Below, piece after piece: positions 29,954-40,934 of a stretch of 64,000 bases of DNA. Origin of the DNA: Bacillota bacterium (GTDB taxonomy: Bacteria > Bacillota > Clostridia > Peptostreptococcales > Anaerovoracaceae); contig JAFRKJ010000044.1 in assembly GCA_017431785.1 (NCBI GenBank), positions 3,346 to 67,345 on the forward strand. Reading direction: 5' to 3'. Both the position numbers and the translations under genes were made by a program. The notes beneath the pieces were generated by a model. The model did no database searches and was not told the DNA's origin. It was given only the letters and a program-made list of their open reading frames with translations. Within the stretch, counting starts at the first letter, position 1. The number at the start of each line of letters is the position of its first letter.

Positions 29954-31213
29954 TTACCGGAAGCTGCCGAGTCTCCGGAAGCGTCCAACCGCACGGGCGA
30001 CAGCTTCCACCACTGTATCCACTTCCTCCGGACTGTTCAGCCGTCCCAGACTGAAGCGAATCGCGCCTTCGATGTCCTTGCTTGAAAGTCCCATGGCCTC
30101 CAGCACGTGACTCTGCCCTTTTTTGTTAGACGAGCATGCGGATCCAGTGGATACGCAGATGCCTTCCTGCTCCAACGTATGAAGGATCACTTCCCCTCGG
30201 GTCCCCCTGAAGTTGATGTTCAGCACGCTCGGACAGCACTGCCCAGGAACCGTTCCTGCTTCCAGCGGACTGTTGATTTCTATGTTATCGATTTTACTGC
30301 AAAGGCCATCCAGCAGATTCTGTCTCATCTCGGCGATGTCTGCCATTGTGAGGTAAGCACCAGTTGCACCAGCTTTCCCGTCCGCCGCTGCGATCTGTGC
30401 AGCGCAGCCAAGTCCGATGATGGCTGGAACATTCTCTGTGCCGGAACGTCTGCCCGACTCCTGCCCGCCGCCCACAATAAAGGCCGGTATGTTTGTTGCC
30501 TTGATTGCAGCACCGCTGCCTTTGCCGGAGGCTGTTTTTCCTTTTTTTATGAGAAGCGCGCCGCTGCCTTTTGGCCCATGGATCTTATGACCGCTTACTG
30601 CAATCAGATCCGCATCAGTTGGAAGCGGCATCTTGCCGAAACTCTGTACGGCATCGCAGTGGAACAATCCCGGCGCACCATTCTGTTCCATGATTTCTTT
30701 GACCAATCCCACCGGCATCACCGTGCCGACTTCGTTGTTGACATGCATCATACTGACGAGAATCGTTTGTTCATTGACCGCTGCCCGAAGCTGCTCGATC
30801 AGCGGCAGACAGTTATGATCGACACCAATCCTGATGACCTCGAAGCCATCTGATTCCAGTCTCTTCATGCACTCCAAAACCGCCGGGTGCTCAACCGCTG
30901 TCGTCACGATGCGGTTGCCCAGTCTGCGCAGTGCCCGTGCCGCACCGAAGATCGCCATATTGTCGGCTTCTGTGCCACCTGACGTGAACACCACATCCCA
31001 GTTCCCCGCGCCTGCACCAGATGCACCTGCACCCGCTGTAAATCCTGCAGCTTCAAGGACCTGACGGCGCGCCATCTTGACGGCTTTCTCCGCGTCAACG
31101 CCCATCTGATAGAGCGAAGACGGATTGCCGTAATCCTCCTTCATGGCCTGGACCATGGCCTCGGTCACTTCATCATATTGTCTTGTCGTTGCACTGTTGT
31201 CTAAATAAATCAT
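29954..31213 (-). CDS. iscS: Cysteine desulfurase (NifZ/IscS-type partner of ThiI)
   Basis: YLDNSATT, GNPSS, EHPAV, SGHKIHGPKG, STGSACSS. Confidence 0.9.
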   Translation of the reverse strand: MIYLDNSATTRQYDEVTEAMVQAMKEDYGNPSSLYQMGVDAEKAVKMARRQVLEAAGFTAGAGASGAGAGNWDVVFTSGGTEADNMAIFGAARALRRLGNRIVTTAVEHPAVLECMKRLESDGFEVIRIGVDHNCLPLIEQLRAAVNEQTILVSMMHVNNEVGTVMPVGLVKEIMEQNGAPGLFHCDAVQSFGKMPLPTDADLIAVSGHKIHGPKGSGALLIKKGKTASGKGSGAAIKATNIPAFIVGGGQESGRRSGTENVPAIIGLGCAAQIAAADGKAGATGAYLTMADIAEMRQNLLDGLCSKIDNIEINSPLEAGTVPGQCCPSVLNINFRGTRGEVILHTLEQEGICVSTGSACSSNKKGQSHVLEAMGLSSKDIEGAIRFSLGRLNSPEEVDTVVEAVARAVGRFRRLGSFR

Positions 31214-31361
31214 GCTTCCTTGTCCGGCACTTTCGTGCCTTTGGGGCTCATGTTAAAAGTTGACAGAAGGTGTTCCTTCTGCCAACTTCTGTGTTCTCAG
31301 TATTACTGTCCGCAGCCGTTAAGCCGCATCCGCAGCTGTCAGGCCGCCGCGCTGCATCGTC

Positions 31362-32906
31362 TTACTTCGCGTAATCGATTGCGCGTGTCTCGCGGACAAC
31401 GTTGACCTTGATCTGGCCCGGGTACTCCAGCTCGGACTCGATCTTCTTGGAAATGTCGCGGGCCAGCAGTGCGATGGAATCGTCGCCCACTTCATCCGGC
31501 TTCGCGATGATTCTGATTTCACGTCCGGCCTGGATTGCGTAGGAATTCTCAACGCCCTGCGTTGTATTCGCAATTTCCTCAAGCTTCTGCAGACGCTTGA
31601 TGTAGGACTCGAGTGTCTCACGTCTTGCGCCAGGCCTTGCTGCGGAAAGTGCGTCCGCTGCAGCGATCAGAACAGCCTCTACAGACTTCGGTTCATAATC
31701 GCCGTGGTGGGCTGCCATACCGTTGATGACCGCCTCGGATTCTTTGTACTTACGCAGTACTTCGATGCCGATGTCGACATGGGTACCTTCGCGCTCATGG
31801 TCAAGGGCCTTGCCGATATCATGCAGCAGTCCTGCACGCTTTGCCAGGGTGATATCAAGCCCCAGCTCTCCTGCCATCAGACCTGCCAGATGCGCAACTT
31901 CGACGGAGTGCTTCAGCACATTCTGTCCGTATGAAGTTCTGTATCTGAGTCTTCCCAGAAGCTTCACCAGTTCCGGATGCAGGTTGTGGATGCCAACATC
32001 GAAAGTCGCCTGTTCCCCGGCTTCCTTGATGATGGTGTTGACCTCACGTTCTGACTTATTGACCATTTCTTCGATTCTGGCCGGGTGAATACGTCCGTCT
32101 ACGATCAGTTTCTCGAGTGCAAGTCTTGCAATCTCTCTTCTGACCGGATCGAATCCCGACAGGATAACCGCTTCCGGTGTGTCATCAATGATGAGGTCGA
32201 TGCCAGTTGCGTTCTCAATTGCCCTGATGTTACGTCCTTCACGGCCGATGATGCGGCCCTTCATTTCGTCATTCGGCAACGGAACAACTGATACGGTTGA
32301 TTCTGCCACGTGGTCGGCGGCACATCTCTGGATTGCCCCGGTGATGATTTCCTTCGCCTTCTTGTCAGCCTCGTCCTTGGCTTTGCTTTCGATCTCTTTG
32401 TAGAGTACCGCTGCATCGCTACGGGCTTCCTGTTCCACTTTCTGCAGAATTATTTCTCTTGCTTCCTCGACTGTGTATCCTGAGATTTTCTCCAGCTCTT
32501 CAAGCTGTCTCTTCAGAATCCTGTCTTGTTCTGCAAGTCTGTTTTCGATTTTTCTTTCTTTGTTTGTAATGCTTTCTTCTTTTTTCTCTATGTTCTCCAG
32601 CTTGCGGTCGATGGAGTCTTCTTTCTGATTTAATCTCCGCTCTGCCTTTGAAATCTCGTTCCTTCTCTCTCTAATCTCCTTATCTGCGCTGTTTCTCTGT
32701 CTCTGCGCTTCCTCTTTCGCTTCCAGTACGATTTCTTTCTTAATGCTCTCTGCATTCTTTTCCGCGTCCAGAAGCATGTTTTTCGCCTTTGTTTCGGCGT
32801 TTCCGATAGTCTTCTCGCCAATGGATTTACGTAATATATATCCAACCAGCAGCCCAATCAAAAGAGCTACCAGGCAAACTACTACAGGTATGATTATATT
32901 TGCCAT
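31362..32906 (-). CDS. rny: Ribonuclease Y
   Basis: TM, coiled coil, KH domain ([14 protein letters not shown]), HD domain (LLHDIGK). Confidence 0.96.
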   Translation of the reverse strand: MANIIIPVVVCLVALLIGLLVGYILRKSIGEKTIGNAETKAKNMLLDAEKNAESIKKEIVLEAKEEAQRQRNSADKEIRERRNEISKAERRLNQKEDSIDRKLENIEKKEESITNKERKIENRLAEQDRILKRQLEELEKISGYTVEEAREIILQKVEQEARSDAAVLYKEIESKAKDEADKKAKEIITGAIQRCAADHVAESTVSVVPLPNDEMKGRIIGREGRNIRAIENATGIDLIIDDTPEAVILSGFDPVRREIARLALEKLIVDGRIHPARIEEMVNKSEREVNTIIKEAGEQATFDVGIHNLHPELVKLLGRLRYRTSYGQNVLKHSVEVAHLAGLMAGELGLDITLAKRAGLLHDIGKALDHEREGTHVDIGIEVLRKYKESEAVINGMAAHHGDYEPKSVEAVLIAAADALSAARPGARRETLESYIKRLQKLEEIANTTQGVENSYAIQAGREIRIIAKPDEVGDDSIALLARDISKKIESELEYPGQIKVNVVRETRAIDYAK

Positions 32907-33032
32907 ATAGTATCATTTCCTCCTTCCAAATATTCTGTTTTCAAGATTCACTGCCGGATCCCTGCAAGGAGCCGACAGACTATATTTTTAACTGAACCAA
33001 AGTTCTAAGAAAAGTTAAAAGCATACACAGTT

Positions 33033-33061
33033 ATTATATATGTAAAGGGCACTTTCGTCAA
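33033..33061 (-). promoter_or_regulatory. sigmaA promoter of rny
   Basis: TTGACG-N17-TATAAT. Confidence 0.75.
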
Positions 33062-33100
33062 TGAAAATTGACAAAAAATTACAGAAGCCAACGCCAATAA

Positions 33101-33125
33101 AAAAGAACGGGATGCCCCGTTCTTA
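33101..33125 (-). terminator. Terminator after minD
   Basis: aagaacggg-atgc-cccgttctt with an A-run on the + strand (U-tract on -). Confidence 0.7.
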
Positions 33126-33170
33126 TCTGCGTTAGATCTGCTGCCGCCGTGCCGGGCGGTTCTCGCCACA

Positions 33171-33890
33171 CTACCGGATGATCTTCGCTACGATATCCAC
33201 GAAGTTCTTCTCGATGTACGTGCCTCTCTTCATCACGATTGGAATACCTTTGTTTGTAGAGATGCGAATATTGTCGTCCTCCTGGATGATGCCCACCAGC
33301 GGGCTCACGAAACTGCTTGTCACAGTTGCCAGATCCGGCATGAAACCTTCTCTCATGAGCTCAACATTGACTCTGTTCAGGACGACGCAAGTGTCTGTGA
33401 GACCTTTGCTCTGCAGGAAACGCTCCGTCATATCCGCATCGCGGCTTGCAGCAAATTCCGGTTCCGTCACGATGACCGCCTTGTCCGCAGGTTCCAGCGA
33501 CACCTCAAGCATCTCCCCGATGCCTGCCGGGCAGTCGATGATGATGTAATCAAAGACTTCCCTGAGCTTCGCGCAGAGTATCGCCATATGCAAAGGCGTG
33601 ATATCCCGTTCATCCAGTCTCGGTGCTGCGGCCATGAAGTAGAGTGAGCTGAAACCATCCACACGGATGATCGCCTTGCTGATCCTGCAGATGCCGGACA
33701 GCACGTCCATGATGTTATAGACAACTCTGTTTTCCATGCCAAGATAGAGGTCCATATTTCTCAGACCCATATCCATGTCGATGAGCAGCACGTTGTAACC
33801 TCTCTGGGCCAGCGTTGCTCCCATATTCACCGAAAACATTGTTTTTCCAGTTCCCCCTTTACCGGAGGCGACCAGTAGAACTTTACCCAT
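33171..33890 (-). CDS. minD: Septum site-determining ATPase MinD
   Basis: SGKGGTGKT, DMDMGLRNMDLYLGMENRVVY, DCPAGI, ASRDAD. Confidence 0.85.
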   Translation of the reverse strand: MGKVLLVASGKGGTGKTMFSVNMGATLAQRGYNVLLIDMDMGLRNMDLYLGMENRVVYNIMDVLSGICRISKAIIRVDGFSSLYFMAAAPRLDERDITPLHMAILCAKLREVFDYIIIDCPAGIGEMLEVSLEPADKAVIVTEPEFAASRDADMTERFLQSKGLTDTCVVLNRVNVELMREGFMPDLATVTSSFVSPLVGIIQEDDNIRISTNKGIPIVMKRGTYIEKNFVDIVAKIIR

Positions 33891-33973
33891 TACAATACTC
33901 CGCAAAAAAAAGATTTACACTTTATTGTGCATTGATTTTTTGCTGGAGTCAAGTGTTAATTATCTGACTATGG

Positions 33974-34654
33974 TCAGGTGATATAGCCAAGTCCCTTCAT
34001 ACTAACGTAATCCCCGTCCCCGATGATGATGTGGTCGATCACCGGAATGCCGAGCAGTTTGCCGACCTCCACCAGCCTGCGTGTCGAGTCGATGTCATCC
34101 TGAGAGGGGCTGGGATCCCCGCTCGGATGGTTATGTATAAAGGCGACTGAGCCGGCGCTTCTCCTGACGGCCGGACTGAACACCTCCCGCGGATGGCTTA
34201 CCGAAGAGTTGATGTCACCCACTGACACCTCGTGCTCTTCCAGAATCTCTCCCCTCGAATTGATCAGCAAACACTTAAAGTGTTCTTTTTTCTCATACCG
34301 CAGCCGTTCCAAAAACAGCTGTGCGATGTCCTCCGGGCATTTGATCCGAACCCGCTCCTCCGGCGGCAGGCACATGAGCCGTTTGCCCAATTCCAGCGCT
34401 GCCATCAGCATGCAAGTCTTCGCGTCACCCATTCCGGAGACCCGCTTCAACTCCTCCGGACTGCACTCGGCCAGATACCTTAAACCCCGTTTGTCCATAG
34501 CCAGCAGTTCGCCGGCCAGATCTACCACGGACTTTTTCCTTGTGCCTGTACCGAGAATGACTGCCAGCACTTCCACCGTTGACAGGCTCTCTGCCCCTTC
34601 CCGCAAAAGCTTTTCCCGCGGTTTCTCTCCTTCCGGCAACCTGCTGATCTTCAT
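33974..34654 (-). CDS. radC: RadC (JAB domain) protein
   Basis: PREKL, HPREVF, HNHPSGDPSPSQDD, DHIIIG. Confidence 0.92.
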   Translation of the reverse strand: MKISRLPEGEKPREKLLREGAESLSTVEVLAVILGTGTRKKSVVDLAGELLAMDKRGLRYLAECSPEELKRVSGMGDAKTCMLMAALELGKRLMCLPPEERVRIKCPEDIAQLFLERLRYEKKEHFKCLLINSRGEILEEHEVSVGDINSSVSHPREVFSPAVRRSAGSVAFIHNHPSGDPSPSQDDIDSTRRLVEVGKLLGIPVIDHIIIGDGDYVSMKGLGYIT

Positions 34655-34874
34655 CTCCACTCCCCCCTTTTCACGATGCTTCTGTCATCTTCACTGTGCT
34701 TCTATCTTCTTCCAGCGGCATCACACATATATACCATTATTTAACATCTAGACCATAAGATGGCAATCACATCGCACCCTATTTGTAACAATCGGGAGAA
34801 AAATGGTAATAAAAAGGGAGATCCATGAACCTCCCTATCATTGCATATTTATTTGTCCTGTCTACTTGCTCAGT

Positions 34875-35399
34875 CTATCTATCCTGCATGCTGATGGACT
34901 CGATGGCAACCGGACCTCCGCGGACAACTTCGATGTTCTTGAACCGCTCATTAATGGCGCGCAGAATGGAATCATTCTTTGCCTCAGTACGGGTCGCCTC
35001 TATGAGGACGCTTTTCTTGTCCATGTCCTTGACCTGGAAGCGGAATGCCTCTCCCATCTGGAAGATCTCCGCACGGTCTTTCTCGCTAACGTTGAGAATC
35101 TTGATGAACATGACCTCCTTGCTGCGGATCGCTCTGTCTGTGTAATCGATGACTTTGATGACCTCGACCATGCGGTTGAGCTGCTTCTTGATCTGTTCGT
35201 GGGTATTGTCATCCGCGTCCACGCAAACTGTCATGCGGGAAATGTTCGTGTCCTCTGTTTCACCAACAGTCAGAGAATGTATGTTGTAGGCTTTGCCTGA
35301 GAAGGATCCGGAAATCCTTGCGAGTACGCCGACTCTATTCTCCACGTAGAGGGAGATCCAACGTCTTCTCATGCCGCCGTTTGCTGTATTACCGCTCAT
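34875..35399 (-). CDS. ilvN: Acetolactate synthase regulatory subunit, paralog 1
   Basis: ACT domain VENRVGVLARISG...YNIHSLTVG...QIKKQLNR; directly after ilvB. Confidence 0.85.
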   Translation of the reverse strand: MSGNTANGGMRRRWISLYVENRVGVLARISGSFSGKAYNIHSLTVGETEDTNISRMTVCVDADDNTHEQIKKQLNRMVEVIKVIDYTDRAIRSKEVMFIKILNVSEKDRAEIFQMGEAFRFQVKDMDKKSVLIEATRTEAKNDSILRAINERFKNIEVVRGGPVAIESISMQDR

Positions 35400-35414
35400 A
35401 TCGTACCTCCTCCC

Positions 35415-37178
35415 CTACATCTCCGTGATCAGATCCGTGATCGCACCGTTTGGTTCGATCATCGGCATGACCAGATCTTTATCTTCGATAATAAATTCGA
35501 TCAGGGTCGGACCCTTCTTGTTCTGACGGGCTTCCTCCAATGCCGGTTCGATCTCATCGGCGTCGAAGACACGCAGGCCTTTCGCGCCATAGGCCTCAGC
35601 CAGGGCAACGAAGTCCGGAACGTACGGAGGACAAGTCTTGTCGCGTCCGTGGCACTCTTTGCAGAGGTTTCTGCGCTTTCTCAGGCAGGTACCCGCATAG
35701 ACGCCGCCTGCAAACAGTTCCTGCCACTGACGGACCATGCCCAGGTAGCCGTTGTTCAGAACGCAGATGGTAATCGGCAGTTCGTTGACAACTGCAGTGG
35801 CCAGTTCCTGGGAGTTCATCTGGAATCCGCCGTCGCCAGCAACGGTGACGACTTCCATATCAGGGTTGCCCAAAGCCGCACCAATAGCAGATGGCAGGCC
35901 GTATCCCATGGTTCCTAAGCCCCCGGAAGTGATCAGCTGTCTCTTGCCGTACACTTCAAAGAACTGGGACGTCCACATCTGGTGCTGTCCTACGTCGGTC
36001 GTGACGATCGGTTCCTTGAAGACTTTGTTGATGCCGTCGATGATCTGCTTCGCACGAAGTTTTTCACCGCTCAGGCAGTCTGGCATATCATCGCCGAATT
36101 CCTGGGTGAGAGGTTTCTCCGCACGCCACTTTTCCAGGCGCTTGATCCAGGCCTCACGTCTGCAGCTGCCGCTTTCCTCCAGCTGTTTCAGCAAAGCACG
36201 GATGGCTTTGCCTGCGTCACCTACGATCGGAACGTCTACATTGACGTTCTTGGAAATCGATGCGGTATCAATGTCGATATGTATGATTTGAGCCGACGGA
36301 GCGAAGGTGCCCAGTCTGCCTGTGATTCTGTCATTGAATCTGGTGCCGATGGAAATGAGCATATCGCAGTGGTTAACTGCATTGTTCGCTGCCCAGTTTC
36401 CATGCATGCCCACGTTGCCGTAGTACAGTTCGTGGTTGGTCGGGATGCTCCCGCGCCCCATGACTGTTGTAACAGCAGGAATCTGCGAAGCTTCTACCAG
36501 CTTCGTCATGTCGCTCTGCGCACGGGATATTTTGACCCCGCCGCCCAGAATGAACAGCGGCTTCTTCGCCTTCTGAATCATGCCTGCAGCCCGCTTGATC
36601 TGGCCTGCGTGAACTGTCGTCGGAGGCTTGTATCCGCGCAGATTGACTTTGTCCGGGTAGACGTCGCTTCCTAACGCTTCCATAACATCCTTCGGCAGAT
36701 CCAAAAGCACCGGTCCCGGTCTGCCCGTGGAAGCGATATAAAATGCTTCTTTGATCATCTTGTTCAGCTCTGCCCGATTGTGGACCATCGCGGAGTACTT
36801 GCATATATTCTTCGTCACACCAACAATGTCGACCTCCTGGAAGCTGTCGTTTCCAATGAGCTCAAATGGTACCTGACCGGTCAGGCACACCAGAGGTACG
36901 CTGTCCAGATTTGCGTCTGCAATACCGGTGACCAGATTGGTCGCCCCCGGACCGCTGGTGGCGATACATACGCCCACCTTTCCGGTGGATCTCGCATACC
37001 CTTCTGCTGCGTGCACCAGAGCCAGTTCCTGGCGAGGCAGGATCAGTTCTACATCATCCTGCTTGTAGAGCTCGTCAAAAATGCCTACTACTGTTGCGCC
37101 GGGATATGCGAATACTTTTTCAACGCCCTCCGCCTGGAGGGCTCTGATGAGAAGTTCATTTCCCGAAATCTTAGCCAT
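35415..37178 (-). CDS. ilvB: Acetolactate/acetohydroxyacid synthase large subunit, paralog 1
   Basis: [49 protein letters not shown]. Confidence 0.92.
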   Translation of the reverse strand: MAKISGNELLIRALQAEGVEKVFAYPGATVVGIFDELYKQDDVELILPRQELALVHAAEGYARSTGKVGVCIATSGPGATNLVTGIADANLDSVPLVCLTGQVPFELIGNDSFQEVDIVGVTKNICKYSAMVHNRAELNKMIKEAFYIASTGRPGPVLLDLPKDVMEALGSDVYPDKVNLRGYKPPTTVHAGQIKRAAGMIQKAKKPLFILGGGVKISRAQSDMTKLVEASQIPAVTTVMGRGSIPTNHELYYGNVGMHGNWAANNAVNHCDMLISIGTRFNDRITGRLGTFAPSAQIIHIDIDTASISKNVNVDVPIVGDAGKAIRALLKQLEESGSCRREAWIKRLEKWRAEKPLTQEFGDDMPDCLSGEKLRAKQIIDGINKVFKEPIVTTDVGQHQMWTSQFFEVYGKRQLITSGGLGTMGYGLPSAIGAALGNPDMEVVTVAGDGGFQMNSQELATAVVNELPITICVLNNGYLGMVRQWQELFAGGVYAGTCLRKRRNLCKECHGRDKTCPPYVPDFVALAEAYGAKGLRVFDADEIEPALEEARQNKKGPTLIEFIIEDKDLVMPMIEPNGAITDLITEM

Positions 37179-37181
37179 GTC

Positions 37182-40100
37182 TTATTCCTCTTCCTGACGT
37201 TTGAATGCTTTGTATTTATCCAGTGCGTCTTCGCTTGCTTCCTTGAAGAGCTTCTCCGCGTTGTCCGGGAAGGTGATCTTCAAGGCAGCGTATCTGTTCT
37301 CACCGTCGAGGAATTCCTCGTACGGGATGGTTGCTTCCTTAGAGTCTACGTGCATCTTCGGTCCGTCCTTGATGTCCGGATTGTATCTGTACAGCGGCCA
37401 GTAACCTGATTGTACGGCACGCTTTACTTCTTCCTGTACATTATGCATACCTGCCTTGATGCCGTGTACGGTACAAGGTGTGTAAGCGACGATGACGGAT
37501 GGTCCCTTGTGCTCTTCGGCTTCCTTGATTGCCTTGAGCAGCTGGTTGAAGTCATACCCCATTGCGACGGTGGCCACGTAGACGTTTCCGTAAGTCTTCA
37601 GAATCTGCGCCAGATCCTTCTTCCTGCTCTTCTTGCCGGAAGCCTGGAATTCTGCAACTGCGCCTAGCGGCGTTGCCTTTGAACTCTGACCGCCTGTATT
37701 GGAATATACTTCATTATCTATGACAAAGACATTGATGTCCTCTCCGGTTGCGATAACGTGATCCAGTCCGCCGAAGCCGATGTCGTATGCCCAACCATCT
37801 CCGCCGTACATCCAGAAACTCTTCTTGGCCAGCATATCCTTACGCTCAAGAATTTCTTCGGTCAGTTCGATGAATTCTTCTTCCATTGCATTGGCCTGCT
37901 TGACGTCGCCCCTGACGACCTCTTCCATCTCATCGATCAGCAGGTCGGTGGCGTTTCTGTTAGCCTCCAGATCATCGTAGGTGTCGATCCATTCGAATCC
38001 TACAGAATTGTCGCCGGCCATTTCCAGATATTTGGTTACCAATTCTTTCTGACGTTCTCTCTGCTGCTTGACGGACAGATACATACCGAGTGCCAGCTCT
38101 GCGTTGTTCTCGAACAGGGAGTTCGTCCATGCGACGCCATGTCCCCTCTTGTTCAGGCAGTACGGAATACCTGGCATACCGGAGCCCCAAGCCTGTGAGC
38201 ATCCTGTGCCATTTGCCCAGTAAACTCTGTCACCGAAGAGCTGTGTGAGCAGCTTCGCGTACGGTGTCTCGCCGCAGCCTGCGCATGCAGCGGAGAACTC
38301 GCACAGTGGCTGTCTGAACTGGCTTCCTCTGATGGAATACGGTGCGAACAGGTCGCCCTTGTCTGACAGGTTCAGAGCGTAGTTCCAGTTGACCAGATCC
38401 TGCTCAGTCGGATGTGCCGGAACCATTCTGATGGCCGGTTCCTTCGCAGGACATACCGGTACGCAGGAGCCGCAGCCTGTGCAGTCGTGGGTTGAGATCT
38501 GCAGGCTGTACTGGTACTTCGTGCCGCCCTTTGACTTGTATCCTCTGAGCGGAGCCATGTCGAAGCCTTCCGGTGCCTTTGCAGCTTCCTCTTCATCCAG
38601 CAGGAACGGTCTGATAACCGCATGCGGACATACGAAGGAGCATCTGTTGCACTGGTTGCACTTGTCCGGATCCCATACCGGAACATGCACTGCCAGACCT
38701 CTCTTCTCGTATGCTGTCAGGCCCATGTCGATGTGACCATCCTTGTAGTGTTCCAGGATGCTGACAGGGAGATCGTCTCCCACCTGTCTGTCGATCGGCA
38801 GAACGAGGTTGTCGATGACCCAAGGATTTCCTGTCGGCTGTGCCGGCTCATCCTGGCAGTTCGCCCATTCAGCAGGGACTTCTACTTTCTTGTATCCTTC
38901 CACACCCGCTTCGATGCCGCGGATGTTCATTTTTACAACTGCGTTGCCTTTGGCTCTGTACTTCTTTCTGACCGCGTTCTCCATTTCCATGATGGCCTGC
39001 GCTTTCGGAATGACTTCTCTGATGGAGAAGAAGGCCGCCTGAAGAATGGAGTTCTTGTGGTTGCCGAGGCCGATTTCTTCTGCGATCTTCGTAGCGTTGA
39101 TCACATAGAAGTCGATATTTCTCTCCGCCAGCAGTCTCTTGACCTTCGGTGAGAGGTTTTCACCAACCTCCTCCGGCTCCCACGGACACTCGAGCAAAAG
39201 CGTACCGCCCGGTTTGATTTCATCGACCACATTAAACTCGTTGATGTAGTGATGGTTGTGGCAGGCGACGAAGTCCGCCCACTTGACATAGTAGGAACTT
39301 CTGATCGGCGTCTTCGAGAAACGCAGGTGGGACTTGGTTGTTCCCAGCGTCTTCTTGGCGTCGTATTCGAAGTAAGCCTGGCCGTACATCTCGGTCGTAC
39401 TGTTGATGATATCTACGGTGCTCTTGTTGGCGCCGACGGTTCCGTCACCTCCAAGACCCCAGAATTTACAGCTTACAAAATCATCGCCGACGATCTGGAA
39501 CGGCTTTGTTTCCAGCGATTTGTGCGTTACGTCATCGATGATGCCGATGGTGAATCCTTCGACTGGTTCGTCCGCTGCCAGATTTTCATAGACAGCTGCG
39601 ATCTGTGCTGGATCCGTATCCTTGGAGCTCAGGCCGTAACGTCCGCCGATGATCTTGATATCCTTCTTGGCAGGATCCTTCTTGGCTGCCTTGAGCATGG
39701 CGGTACAGACATCCTGATAAAGTGGCTCACCCAGGTCGCCCATGCTTTTGCATCTGTCGAGGACAGCGATTCTCTCACAAGTCTCAGGCAGAGCCTTGAA
39801 CAGGTGTCTCTCAGAGAATGGTCTGTAGAGGTGGACCTGCACGAAACCGACTTTCTTGCCTTCTGCACAGAGGGTGTCAACGGTCTGCTCGATGGCGCCT
39901 GTGACGGAGCCCATGGCGATGATGACGTCTGTCGCTTCCGGATCGCCGTAGTAGTTAAACAGTCTGTAGTCTCTGCCTGTGATGGAGTTCATCTGAACAA
40001 AGTACTTTTCCACAATGTCAGGCAGATTGGTGTAATCTGAATTGTTGGATTCACGAACCTGGAAGTAGACGTCCGGGTTCTGTACCGTATTTCTCAGTGT

Positions 40101-40748
40101 CGGATGTTCCGGATTGAGGGCTCTGTCCTTGTGCGCTTTCACGTATTTCTTGTCCATAAGAGCGACGACTTCGTCCATATCCGGAATCTCGACCTTGTTG
40201 ATTTCGTGGGATGTTCTGAACCCGTCAAAGAAGTGCATGAACGGAATGTTGGATTCCATAGCGGCCAGGTGTGCGACCGGCGTAAGGTCTACAACTTCCT
40301 GTACGCTGCCGGTGCAGTACTGTGCCCAGCCTGTCTCTCTGCAAGCCATGACGTCGGAGTGATCGCCGAAGATACTCATGGCGTGGGTTCCTACGGTTCT
40401 TGCTGCAACGTGCAGCACAGCAGGTTGTCTTTCACCTGCGATTCTGTATAGCACTGGAATCATTAGCATCAGGCCCTGGGACGATGTGTAACTCGTCGTC
40501 AGCGCGCCTGTCTGAATGGAGCCGTGTACTGCTCCGATTGCGCCGGCCTCTGACTGCATTTCTGTCAGGGTGACCGTCTGTCCGAACATGTTCTTTCTGC
40601 CCATCGCGGCCCACTTGTCAGTGAGTGTCGCCATCGGTGATGATGGAGTAATTGGATAAATCGCCGCGATTTCCGTAAACGGATAAGCCATGTAAGCTGC
40701 AGCTTCATTTCCGTCCATCGTCATAAAAGTTCTTTCTGATTCTGCCAT
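37182..40748 (-). CDS. nifJ: Pyruvate:ferredoxin oxidoreductase-type 2-oxoacid oxidoreductase (divergent)
   Basis: YPITPS, MQSEAGA, FDGFRTSHE, two ferredoxin motifs, CAGCGETPY, GDGWAYDIG, YSNTGGQ. Confidence 0.92.
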   Translation of the reverse strand: MAESERTFMTMDGNEAAAYMAYPFTEIAAIYPITPSSPMATLTDKWAAMGRKNMFGQTVTLTEMQSEAGAIGAVHGSIQTGALTTSYTSSQGLMLMIPVLYRIAGERQPAVLHVAARTVGTHAMSIFGDHSDVMACRETGWAQYCTGSVQEVVDLTPVAHLAAMESNIPFMHFFDGFRTSHEINKVEIPDMDEVVALMDKKYVKAHKDRALNPEHPTLRNTVQNPDVYFQVRESNNSDYTNLPDIVEKYFVQMNSITGRDYRLFNYYGDPEATDVIIAMGSVTGAIEQTVDTLCAEGKKVGFVQVHLYRPFSERHLFKALPETCERIAVLDRCKSMGDLGEPLYQDVCTAMLKAAKKDPAKKDIKIIGGRYGLSSKDTDPAQIAAVYENLAADEPVEGFTIGIIDDVTHKSLETKPFQIVGDDFVSCKFWGLGGDGTVGANKSTVDIINSTTEMYGQAYFEYDAKKTLGTTKSHLRFSKTPIRSSYYVKWADFVACHNHHYINEFNVVDEIKPGGTLLLECPWEPEEVGENLSPKVKRLLAERNIDFYVINATKIAEEIGLGNHKNSILQAAFFSIREVIPKAQAIMEMENAVRKKYRAKGNAVVKMNIRGIEAGVEGYKKVEVPAEWANCQDEPAQPTGNPWVIDNLVLPIDRQVGDDLPVSILEHYKDGHIDMGLTAYEKRGLAVHVPVWDPDKCNQCNRCSFVCPHAVIRPFLLDEEEAAKAPEGFDMAPLRGYKSKGGTKYQYSLQISTHDCTGCGSCVPVCPAKEPAIRMVPAHPTEQDLVNWNYALNLSDKGDLFAPYSIRGSQFRQPLCEFSAACAGCGETPYAKLLTQLFGDRVYWANGTGCSQAWGSGMPGIPYCLNKRGHGVAWTNSLFENNAELALGMYLSVKQQRERQKELVTKYLEMAGDNSVGFEWIDTYDDLEANRNATDLLIDEMEEVVRGDVKQANAMEEEFIELTEEILERKDMLAKKSFWMYGGDGWAYDIGFGGLDHVIATGEDINVFVIDNEVYSNTGGQSSKATPLGAVAEFQASGKKSRKKDLAQILKTYGNVYVATVAMGYDFNQLLKAIKEAEEHKGPSVIVAYTPCTVHGIKAGMHNVQEEVKRAVQSGYWPLYRYNPDIKDGPKMHVDSKEATIPYEEFLDGENRYAALKITFPDNAEKLFKEASEDALDKYKAFKRQEEE

Positions 40749-40817
40749 GATTTCCTCTTCTTTCCTTGATTATATTTGATTGATCTAAAATACAATTTAA
40801 GTGCAACCTAATAATTG

Positions 40818-40856
40818 ATTATACAACCAAAGGCATGCCCTACACAAGGCATGCCC
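40818..40856 (-). promoter_or_regulatory. nifJ promoter with twin AAGGCATGCCC boxes flanking -35
   Basis: TTGTGT-N18-TATAAT; identical 11-mers at 40830-40840 and 40846-40856. Confidence 0.6.
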
Positions 40857-40934
40857 GCGGTTTTTTGTTATGGATTCTATGAAAAAATGCATCTGTTTTG
40901 TTCTGAATCTACAGATAACAACCAGATGGCGGCC

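Noticed and set aside
33974-34654. radC as a mobile-element marker
   Set aside because: It is the full-length chromosomal type next to minD, with no mobility genes.
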